From the IMG/VR virus record IMGVR_UViG_3300028591_000121, positions 55,417-119,416 of that record: DNA of 64,000 bases; one strand, 5' to 3'. Below the pieces are notes generated by a model, which was not told where the DNA came from, ran no database searches, and saw only the letters and a program-made list of their open reading frames with translations. This stretch comes from a virus. Lineage: Duplodnaviria > Caudoviricetes. Of the stretch, positions 20,524 to 30,619 are shown in pieces. The translations under genes and the position numbers were made by a program. Numbering within the stretch: the first letter of the stretch is position 1; the number at the start of each line of letters is the position of its first letter.

Positions 20524-21015
20524 ATGGTAAAGATTGTGAAACATACTGAGGGAGACACCCGGACAGCGACAAAAATTCCTACGATTACCGAGTTCAATGA
20601 AGCGAATGAATCGCATTACCGTGATGTAAACAACGTCGCAAAAAGGTTCTGGGAGATGGCAACAAAGCAATTCTCGTCGCACGATCATACGAAGCGGTTT
20701 GACCCTGAGCGCAGCGAGTTCTACCGTGACCTGTGTTCCGCAATTGACGGGATGCTGAAATTCGACAAAGGGACATGGTATCCCAAGCACTGCAAACTGG
20801 AACGCCATCATCTCGACGAGAATGTTCCGCTGGGAGTAAACATGATCGACGTACTCGAAATGATTTTTGACCGTGTTGCTGCGGGGATGGCAAGAGGGGG
20901 TACGATCTACCCCATCAAACTCCCAGAAGATGTTCTTAACCAGGCTATCCAGAATACGGTTGAGATACTTAAAGATGAGATTGAGGTAGTCGATGGCGAA
21001 CACGACAAGTCTTAA
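20524..21015 (+). CDS. HD-like metal-binding protein
   Basis: H...HDHTK...H..LERHH...DVLEM..D pattern; RBS AAGGAG. Confidence 0.55.
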   Translation: MVKIVKHTEGDTRTATKIPTITEFNEANESHYRDVNNVAKRFWEMATKQFSSHDHTKRFDPERSEFYRDLCSAIDGMLKFDKGTWYPKHCKLERHHLDENVPLGVNMIDVLEMIFDRVAAGMARGGTIYPIKLPEDVLNQAIQNTVEILKDEIEVVDGEHDKS

Positions 21016-22096
21016 AACATTTATCCTCACACGGTTGGATGACATGAGAATGTTTGCGGATATCACTCTGCATCCTGTTGTCAGCCCAGATAACTGGAGT
21101 GTGTATTCCGATTTGTGCGATCTGATCGACAATACAAGGAATGAGATTGAAAAGAATTACAGCGAGGAAGCAGAGGGCTAAGGAATGATTATCAGTGTAA
21201 GCACAGGATTAAAGATCATTGTTGCTTTGATCCTGATCGCAACCATAGCAAGCATGTTCATAATGATCGAAGTAACGCACGACCGATATAATGGATGGCT
21301 TTGCAGAGGAATTAAACATTTCAAGTGCGGAGCTATTCACGGTCACGTTTATCACAATGGAGAATGTCTCCGCTGCGGTAAACAGGAACATCAGGAGAAA
21401 CGACATGAATAACGATACTTGGATAGAGATCTTCCTTGCCGTGGTAGCTATTATCCTACTGGGCATCAACTGGTACATCAGTAGTAATGGCGATGATGAA
21501 GTTGATGTAATGGACGAGGATTTTGATCTGGATGAGGATTTGAATGACTGAGATTATTAGAGATATCGTGACCTTCATTACCGTATTTCTGTTCCTCGCT
21601 GGTGTTGCCCTCTTCGGTTCGTTCTTCGGATACAGGAAGAGAGCCGAAGAAGAAATGACTGACTATTACAAAGCACAGCAGAGACAGTACAACGAAGGTC
21701 ATCGGAACGGATTCGACGAGGGTAGGAAGAGGACGGTTGATAATCTGGTTAAGCTTGGATACATCAGCCGGAAGCAAGCCCAGAAGTTATACAGGAAATG
21801 GGATGAGTTAAAGTGACGGAACGAGAAGCCTTTATTTTACAGTTCGAAGAGCAAGTAAATGCTATGTGGCGTGGTACTTCTAAGAACTTCGTTGTTCTCT
21901 CTCCTTTCGAAGCGTTGACGATATTGAGATTTCTGAAGGAGCGGGAAGAGCCTGAACCCATACAGTGGATTCCAATGTACAGAGGACACAAAGTTGACTG
22001 GGTTTGTCCAGACTGTACAAAGTTACTGTATCCGGGCATCGAAACCAAATACTGCGCCGTATGTGGTGCACGGATAAATAAAAAAGGTGAAGAAAA

Positions 22097-22450
22097 ATGA
22101 GATTAATTGATGCCGACAAATTGATGACGGATGTACTCTGTCTGACAAATACAGAAAGCAATTCCAGATTTGTCGAATAGCTGACGAGTCTTATCGCAGA
22201 CGCTCCGACTGTTACGCTTTATGATCGGAAGGAAGGAACATGGATTCTTGATCCAGACGGAATGGATTGGGGTATTCCAGGGTGGATTTGTTCAGTCTGC
22301 CGTAGTCGAAACGATGGGCTGCCGACCGGGGAAGATATTACTCCTGAAAACATTATGCGGTGGTCGGACAGTAAGTTCTGTCCTCACTGCGGAGCGAAAA
22401 TGTTGAAGGGAGCATACAGGATTTATCCGCATGTAGACGGGGTGTTCTGA
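22097..22450 (+). CDS. MRLIDAD-type small phage protein with C-terminal Zn ribbon; TAG at 22178
   Basis: MRLIDAD...FVE*LTSLIADAPTV...CSVC...FCPHCGAKM; paralog at 36132. Confidence 0.75.
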
Positions 22451-23927
22451 AATGGGTTGGATATATGGACTGATTTGCCTTGGAGTGGTTACTTCCCTTG
22501 CTCTTGGTTATCTCTGGGGTTGGAGTCGTAGCTTTGATAAGCAAGAAGAAGCTTACAAAGAAGAGTACGAACGAAGATATAGGATCGGATATGAGAACGG
22601 ATTCCAAGCCGGGAAGAAATATGTATACGACATGATACAAAGTAAGAAATATCTTACTAAGCATCAGATAGAAAAGATGGAGCGAAGATGGATAAGAGAC
22701 AACTCAGGAATAATCTTGCGTGTTACGAATCCGACGCTAAAGTCAACCCGGACTTTAAAATAAGCGGACAAATCGTAATTGACATGATCGAGTATTTGGA
22801 TTCTCTGAAACCAGTAAAGCCTAATCTGGCACAGATCGAAGGATACGGGTTGTCCTACTACAGATGCTTCTGCCCAAAGTGTGGTAACCACGTAGGCTAT
22901 GTGATCAACGGCAAGGTAGTAGGTGTAGGTATGGGATATGAAAAGTTCTGTAGCAATTGCGGTCAGGAGATTGATTGGGATGAGTTCAGCTGAGTATGAA
23001 TTTGTTTACGGTGTAGCTAATGGAGAAGATAACGTCTTTATCGTATCCAAGTCAAAGTTCAGTGAGATCGAAGCTGATAAGTTGTTCGTCGAAAAGCAAA
23101 AGCTTCCGCTTGAAAAAGCCAGAAAGATAACTGGTTGGTTCTATTGTGGATTCGCCTATAACGAAGACAACGAAGAAGTTTTAGGATGTTGGTTCAGTAG
23201 GAAACCGCTTGGCAGATGCGCTCAGGAAGTATACGCCTACGTTTATTGAGGAGATGAGTGAGATGTGCTGGCTTAAAGACGGATGTCCGGGGAAGACCGC
23301 TGCATGTTACAACTGCCAACCAACTGACGAGGGCTGTCCAGTCTATCGTTGGTTCAGAGAACTGATCCTTGAGAAAGAGAAGAAGATCGATGAGAAACTG
23401 GCGTGATGATCCGATAACGGAGAAACAACAGCAACTCATTAATGATATGCGGGAGTTTTCAGAGTATCCCCTTCCCCTGTTCTCCGGGACTACAAAAGGT
23501 GAAGCGTGTGATTATATCGACAAATGGATCAGCAAGTCACATGAGACGGTACTGGATTGTTGGGATACATCGCAAGGTATACCGTGACGATCATTTACCT
23601 GACACTACGAAAATGATCAGAGGTTGAGTGAGATGCGCTGTAAAGAAGATGTGATAAATAGTCTTGAGATTTGCTTGTACCCGCCATCGAAATGTGAGAA
23701 CTGCTCGTATTACGAAGATGAAGAATGCAACGACGATCTGTGCAGAGACGTATTGGAGTTGCTGAAGAAACAGCCTGAGATCGTACATTGCAAAGATTGC
23801 AAACATCTCTTTGACGGAGAGAACGACGAGAACTGCTGCGCTGTACTGATGGAGAAAGCTCGTTGGATTATTCCGATACAGGTTGATCCCAATTGGTTCT
23901 GCGGAAGCGGAGAAAGGAAAACCCAGG

Positions 23928-24278
23928 ATGGATAAAGCTGAGATTATCCGTAGGCTTGAACAGATATCAAGCCACGCCGTACATACGGTTGGCGAAGAGC
24001 CTTTCGTTATGAGTCTCGATGACGGGATAGCGATTAAGGAAGCTATTAATTTGATTAAGCAACAGCCACAGTGGATCAGCGTGGAAGACAAGTTGCCAGG
24101 CAAATGCACCAACTATCTTGTGTATTTCGGAAAAGGTATCGGAACGACAACGAAAACAGCAGTCTGGTTGCCAGAAAAACGAATATGGAAGGGCGCAGAA
24201 GCATACAGTACATTAAACGGCATAACGCACTGGATGCCAACACCAAGACCACCTGAAGAGGAGAAGCAGGATGGCTGA
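23928..24278 (+). CDS. DUF551-like protein
   Basis: WISVEDKLP...ITHWMPTPRPP. Confidence 0.75.
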   Translation: MDKAEIIRRLEQISSHAVHTVGEEPFVMSLDDGIAIKEAINLIKQQPQWISVEDKLPGKCTNYLVYFGKGIGTTTKTAVWLPEKRIWKGAEAYSTLNGITHWMPTPRPPEEEKQDG

Positions 24279-27120
24279 CAGAGAAGAAGTGCTGAAGGGG
24301 CTTGAACATCACAGACACCTTGAAGCAAGCCGCAATGAATTAGGCCATGATGAATGTTTCGATTGTCCGTATAGGCCGTACGGGGAAGATACATGCGCTT
24401 CGTTGGATCGCATGATTGATGATGCTCTGGAACTGCTGAAAGAGCAGGAAGCACAGATCGAACGGTTAGAGCATGATTTGGCTGTTACTCAAAACAATCT
24501 GAATTATTACGTGAATGGGAATGATTAACAGAAAGGCGGTGAAGTTGGAATGACTGATAGAGAAACGATTATATACGGAATAAAGGCTGACTTGAAAGGC
24601 GATTGTTCCTCATGCCCGTACTCAGAAGAGAATGCGAAAAAGACTGGTACTTATAAGGAAGGCAGATGTATCGGTCATCTGTTAGAGGATATTCTGGAAT
24701 TCCTTGAAGAGCCGCCAGAAGAAAGACTTACCTACGACGAGAAGATGGATATGTTAACCACTCTGTGGAAAGGTTTTGATCTTACTGACCACGAGTACAT
24801 GACGCTGAGAGATAGATTGTACAAGAAAGCAAAGTTGAAAGGCGAAGTCGTATGAGCGATGTTAAAGAAGTTATAAGTGGATTGCAAGAGCTTCGTGGAT
24901 CAGTAGAAACAATGGAACTTTTATCAGAGACTGTCTCTTTGCTGAACAGATACATACCTCTTCAGCCGATAACAAGACTGGATATGGATGGATGGACAGA
25001 ATACTACTGCGGTAGCTGTAAACAGTATCTTCTGAATTATAAGCCTGGGTTGAATATACAGCTTGATTATCAGAAGTACTGCTGCGTATGTGGGCAGGCG
25101 GTGAAATGGGAATGAAAGTCAGCTATTGCGAGAAATGCAAATGTTACGAGCGTAGAAAATGGAGCGATTATTACACGCCGAAGAATTATCACCCAATTGG
25201 AATGAGCCACGGATATGGATATTGTAAATTGTATTGTATGCGATGCAGTGAAATCAAGCCGTACATTTGCAGCGGAAGATTGCTGATTGATGAGCGGGAC
25301 GGGCGGTGAAGTGGGATGAGTAAGACTTATATTCCTCTGGATATACAATGCTTTTGGTGTAATGGGCGAATGAAACGTGGAGTTTCACACTCTGGTTCTG
25401 ATTTCGACCATGTGACTTACTTCTGCAAGGACTGCGGTGCTGTCTCACATTTTGCAGTCAATCATAAATTTCCTATCGATTCAATTAGCGTTGAGTATCT
25501 TACGACTAAGAAACCGGGTGAAGAACACGATGACTGATGTTAGTAAGACAATCGCAGAGCTTGAAGGAATCGCTGATTATTTCTTCGACATTTATGCCAA
25601 AGATAGAAATAAGGAAGCGGAACGAAGAATGCTTACTGTTGACCGGGCAGTAAATATTATTCGGTCACAGAGAACCGCACTTAATGAAATCGCAGACATT
25701 GTAAAGAAGGTTGACAAATAATGCCTAGGTTTATTCAGGTTAAAGAGAGGAATCAGAGTACTCCTACGTGGATTAATACGGATCAAATCTTGTACTTTTT
25801 CTATAACCCGCAATATGACAATACCAATATTTATGTCACCAATCCCGAAACTGAATTTGTTGTTGAAGGCGATATGACGGATGAAATCCTTGGGGTTAAG
25901 AAAGCCTGTTGGGTAAAGATGACTGGGATGATGCCGCCGGAGTATCATGGGCATTATGAGTGTAGTAAATGTGGATGGCATGGAAAGAACTTTGAGAAAG
26001 AGCTTGAATTTGATCACTGCCCAGGGTGCGGCGCAAAGATGAGGGAAACGATATAACAGATGATTGAGACATTGTGTATTGTTATGTTGATCTTTGGACT
26101 GACTTGCATCAGTGTGTACTGTATACTCAGTCCTTTCTTCGAAGAATGAGGTAAAGAGATGGACACAAGAGATCTGATTGAGATGTTGGAGACTTGCTCT
26201 GGTAAAACCGATGAGCGGGTTTGCAGAGAATGTCGGTATTCCGCAGAAGGTAAAGCAAACGGCGGGTCTTGTATAAGTAATCTGATGCGACAGGCAGCGA
26301 ACACGTTGCGAAGAGAGACTGGGTACATGAGGGTGTGAGAGTAATGAATAAATTAAACATGATCAAAGGTCTTACGGATGTACGAGGAAATGTTCCAGTT
26401 ATTTGCTTGGATACTCAAAACAATATATATGAAATCGTTTCTCTCAAGCGCGTGGCTGGCTCTCAAGATGAAACAATGGCAATCCTCGCTTACATAAAGA
26501 AGGATGGTGAGGACAATGGAGTTTGTGAGAGCAATACAAGAGAATCCTTATGTGGCAACTGCGATCATGGGAATCCTTCTGGGTCTGGGATACTGGATTA
26601 TTTGCTTGGCGTTCGATGAGGAGTAAAACATATGACAAGAGATAAGCTTACCGCTCAGGAAGTAATTAAGCTTGTGAGCAATATAGTTGGCGAGGTCGAA
26701 CCAGATGAAGACTGCGACCACGATGAGAACTCAAAGCGGTATGAAAACCTTTGCGTTATGATCAGGCTCACTGACTGGTGCATCGACAATATCATCAGGG
26801 CAACATGGGGTGGCAGTCTCGACATCAGTGAGCAGCGTATCAACGACGAAGCAGATAAAGCTTTGGAAATATGGTACAAAACATTGCAAAAAGAGGTAGA
26901 GCTTAATGCCGTATATTAAAACGCCGGAAGGCGAAAAGTATGTCGATGACTTTATCAGTACAATAAAAGTTGGCGATAAGATTTACGCATTGCAAGCCAG
27001 TATTGTTGAAGTCAAGGAAATTAAATGCAAGAACTGCGGTCACCCACTGAAGCTGGAGTATGGAGAAGGGACATGCGAGATGTGCGGCTCACATTACAGT
27101 ACACATTTCGAAATTGTGCA

Positions 27121-27318
27121 ATGTTGATCTTCGAAGAGAAATACGTCTACGGCGAAACGCCAACCAGGCAGCAATTAGAAGATGCGCTTCAGGTTCTGAA
27201 GTGCGAGAGGTACGCACGATGGCAGTCAATGATGACTGATCAGGAACGAGAAGAGATTGAACAAGCTCATTACTTGTGCATGTATTTGCTTAGAAAAACT
27301 CTGACAGAATATTCCTGA
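27121..27318 (+). CDS. Small hypothetical protein (paralog of 47562..47747)
   Basis: FEEKYVYGETPTRQQLEDALQVLKCER versus FEEKYIYGETPSRKQIEDALEVLKCER. Confidence 0.75.
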   Translation: MLIFEEKYVYGETPTRQQLEDALQVLKCERYARWQSMMTDQEREEIEQAHYLCMYLLRKTLTEYS

Positions 27319-27333
27319 ACGGATAGATAAATA

Positions 27334-27441
27334 TATGCGGTGTTGGAAGAGGTAAACAAAAACAGAAACAGTTGAGATGGCGGGTTACCGACGGGGACTT
27401 GAGATTCCGTCTCCTATCAGGTGCAAATCCTGATCCGCATA
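27334..27441 (+). ncRNA. tRNA-like RNA A (acceptor, D and T arms; no canonical anticodon arm)
   Basis: TATGCGG/CCGCATA stem; TGTTGGAAGAGGTAAACAA D-like arm; GAGATGG/CCGTCTC stem; ATCAGG-TGCAAAT-CCTGAT T arm. Confidence 0.7.
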
Positions 27442-27546
27442 AGAATAACGGCTGCTTTCTTCGGAGAGCAGGAAGGATGAAAACCACTTCCGTCGAGGTA
27501 TCGGCAGCAGCAAACACTCATGCGTAGGTAAAGGCAAATACCAAAT

Positions 27547-27693
27547 TGTGTGGTGACGGAAGAGGTAAACGGGCTAGAGGGAGATAGCCACGAAAGCGGA
27601 GTTAACGTTACCGCTTGAGAATAAGGACTAACGTCGTGCGACCCTACATCTGCGAAAAGGCTATCCTGTTAGGTGCAAATCCTAACCCACACA
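27547..27693 (+). ncRNA. tRNA-like RNA B
   Basis: TGTGTGG/CCACACA stem; TGACGGAAGAGGTAAACG; GATAGCC/GGCTATC stem; GTTAGG-TGCAAAT-CCTAAC. Confidence 0.7.
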
Positions 27694-28522
27694 TTCTTAT
27701 ATTCAGTTTAGGAGAATCAGCGTATGTGGTTTAAGAAATTTCTTGCAAGACATAAGAAGTACGATCTTCGGAAAGAGCTTGGCGATTGGGTTGAGAAAAA
27801 CCTTGGTGCTGAGTATGTTGATGAAGCACTTGAGAAATACGATAAGTTAAACAGCGGTGTTCCTATCGGCGGATTCCAAGAAACGATGTTGTTTGTTGAT
27901 ATGGTCGAGACGGTGAAGGCGGAGTTGTCTAAATGAGTGAACCGAATTGTTATGGTTGTAAGCATGTGATGGATGTGTTTGGTAACTATGTCGAGTGCGG
28001 GGAACTTGCCAAGACTGGAACACACATGTTTGTTAACTGGTATTACTGGCGAGACGGCAGCCCTGACGAGTGTCCGCTGAAAGCTAAAGCAGACAAGAAG
28101 GAAGAGCCGAAACGTTGGAAGGATGTCTTCCATTACGGGTTTGGTTATACAGTTTGCCCGTATTGTGGAGATGAGACTGGTTGGTATAACCCGGCAAGCG
28201 AACGTTTCCAGTCTGATCTCGAAAACAATCAGCGGGAACGTTGCCCGAAGTGTGGTAAGCGAGTTTATGCAAGAAAGGGCTGGATTATGAATCAGCCCCC
28301 AGGAGATTGAGTTGTTATGGCACAAGATTTGCATTATGACATGAGAGATTATCCGCCGGACGATCCGTTCTGGACGGAGTCAACAGAGCCAGTGATTGTA
28401 CGTTGTAAAGATTGTAAGTACGGCGAGGAGTGTATACCCCCGTGTGATGATCGTTACTGTCGTTTATATGATCAACGTCATCCCAGTCATTGGTTTTGTG
28501 CGGATGGTGATACAGACGATTA

Positions 28523-28745
28523 AATGCGGTGGCGGAATAGATTACCATCATTCCTGCGGAGAGTAGATAAGGACGTGTCTCTCAATTAAGTACACCTGAT
28601 CACAGGGGCGCAGGTCACGGTTAAAGTAGACGCTTAAAGGGGAGTCAGAGGCGGCATAGCTATAACGAGAGTATAGCCATAGAAATGTGCGAAGCGAACA
28701 GCCCGAAGTGCTTTGACATGTGAGGTGCAAATCCTCACCCGCATT
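28523..28745 (+). ncRNA. tRNA-like RNA C with a large D-loop insertion
   Basis: AATGCGG/CCGCATT stem; TGGCGGAATAG...GTAGACGC; GTCAGAG/CTTTGAC stem; GTGAGG-TGCAAAT-CCTCAC. Confidence 0.7.
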
Positions 28746-28781
28746 GATTGTATATGGCTAAGATCAGAAAGGAGATCTGAA

Positions 28782-28872
28782 TCAGCACAGGGTCTGGTGA
28801 CTGCTTCTATTTCTCGTAACCGTGAGAGTTAAGTCACGGGGATGCACAAGGTTCGATTCCTTGTTGTGCTGA
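28782..28872 (+). ncRNA. tRNA-like RNA D (non-canonical)
   Basis: TCAGCACA/TGTGCTGA stem and ACAAGG-TTCGATT-CCTTGT T arm; the middle does not form a standard anticodon arm. Confidence 0.55.
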
Positions 28873-29202
28873 AGCCATATTATTTAAGAAAATTAAGGAG
28901 AGAGAAAGATGGACTGGGGATCATTTCTTTTAGGATACTGTTCTGGGGTCATTATAACTTGGGCGGTTTGTTTCCTTGTATTCATTTCCGTACTCAAGGA
29001 CGAGATGAAAAACGAAAGAAGGAACAAGAGATGAGCGAGTTCAAAGAAGGCTTCCAGGCTTATCTGCTGAATCAGCCGTTCTTAACATATAAGTCAAGAG
29101 AGTGGAAGGCTGGGTTTCTCAACGCTGCTTATACGTGGGTACATGAGTATCAGAGAACGAGCAACGGAGAGCCTGAGACAGAGAAAGAAGAGCAGTAATA
29201 AA

Positions 29203-29311
29203 TGACACGTTGCCTCATTGGTAACAGGGCATCCCGGGACAGGGGTGGCAGACCGTTCGAGTCGGTATTGGGCGAGGCAGACCAATGCAAGTTCGATTCT
29301 TGTACGTGTCG
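29203..29311 (+). ncRNA. tRNA-like RNA E (non-canonical, second internal T-loop)
   Basis: GACACG/CGTGTC stem; TGCAAG-TTCGATT-CTTGTA T arm; internal ACCG-TTCGAGT-CGGT. Confidence 0.55.
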
Positions 29312-29327
29312 GAAAGGAAGAGATCGG

Positions 29328-29471
29328 ATGAGGTTTATTGATTGCGGGGACATGTAGCTGTTCCTTTGGATGGAAGATCTTCTGACAGACGCAGAGTATT
29401 ACAGAGCAATTGATCGGTTTAACAAACGACTTATAAAGGAGAAGAACAATGGAAGTAGTGGTAACGCTTGA
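29328..29471 (+). CDS. Small protein; TAG at 29355
   Basis: DM*LFLWMEDLLTDAEY aligns with DMLTTLWKGFDLTDHEY of the 24550 gene; RBS AAGGA. Confidence 0.65.
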
Positions 29472-29726
29472 ACTGGACACTCAGCATATCTTGTCCGCAG
29501 AAGAAATTGAACAGGACTTGCGGTTGAACGAACACAATATCGGGTGGGATTATGACTACAAGATCAAAGAGGTAACGATCCCTGATTATGAAAAGAGAGT
29601 CAGTCTGTGTGACCATTGTAAGTGGTGTGATAAAGACTCTCCTCACCCGTGTGAGAAAGACCCAGATGAAGCGTGTGTTGAGGTTCTGATGTGTTTCGAT
29701 TTTGAACATAAAACGGGGGATAAGAA

Positions 29727-30020
29727 ATGAATCAGAAGAAAGAGAAGCGGACAGTCTCCGCTGTATAGAATGTCAGGCTGTCGATGGATTTCTACAGTGA
29801 GGAAGCAAATGAGCAAACAATCTGCACTTATATTCAACAGCTTCTTGAAGAGTGTGCGGATAACGTCAAAGTATCTTTAGTAGAGGATGCCACAAGTACA
29901 ACGAAGGGGGAATCGCCTTGTTTGTGGAGTGCAGAGAATGTATACACTATGCCTCATGTCCAGCCGGTTACAGTCACGGTAATGCTGCCTGTCTCACTCT
30001 GGCAGAGAAGCGAAAACTAA
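29727..30020 (+). CDS. Hypothetical protein; TAG at 29766
   Basis: The ATGA overlap with the previous gene only works if translation starts at 29727 and reads through TAG. Confidence 0.6.
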
Positions 30021-30055
30021 GAAGAAAAATATCGTTTGGGGATGTGTTTAAGTAT

Positions 30056-30619
30056 ATGGGAACAAGACATTAGATTGCTGTCCAGTATAAAGGACGTTAT
30101 TGGGTTGCCCAGTATGGGCAGTGGGATGGATATCCCAGTGGACAGGGCATTGCAGTACTTGAGTTTCTGCGGGATCAGATGGATGAGAAGATCTTTCTCA
30201 ACAACTTGGTCAATGTCCGTGAGATGAACGACAACGAATACCGCACGTTGTTCTCGTTTACCGGGGACAGAGTCAACGCTTTAAGAGAAATCTTCCCTGA
30301 GTTTGATCGTGATACGAGCGCAGATATTCTTCCGATTATTCAGCGGGGCAACTGCTTCCGTATTTCTAATCAGCTTAGGTTTGCTGCCGACTCCCTGTTC
30401 TGTGAGTGGGCATATGTGATCGATTTTGATAAGCGGACATTTGAAGTCTATCAGGGATTTAATAAAGAACCGCTGACTCCAGAGGATAGGTTTTATGAAC
30501 TGCGGGAACATGAAGAACTCCCCTACCACGGCGTTAAGCTTGCCAAGTCTTGGAGTCTTGACGAGTTGCCGACGAATGAAGAGTTCATTTCCGCACTTGA
30601 AAAAGAGGATGAAGAATGA
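30056..30619 (+). CDS. Conserved phage protein (MGTRHL...QYGQWDGYP type); TAG at 30071
   Basis: MGTRH*IAVQYKGRYWVAQYGQWDGYPSGQG...SLFCEWAYVIDFD. Confidence 0.85.

Noticed and set aside
27334-29311. Canonical tRNA genes, an amber suppressor tRNA, or tmRNA
   Set aside because: None of the five elements has a 5-bp stem/7-nt loop anticodon arm. The CTA at 27574 is not in such a loop. There is no tmRNA-type G.U acceptor or tag ORF.
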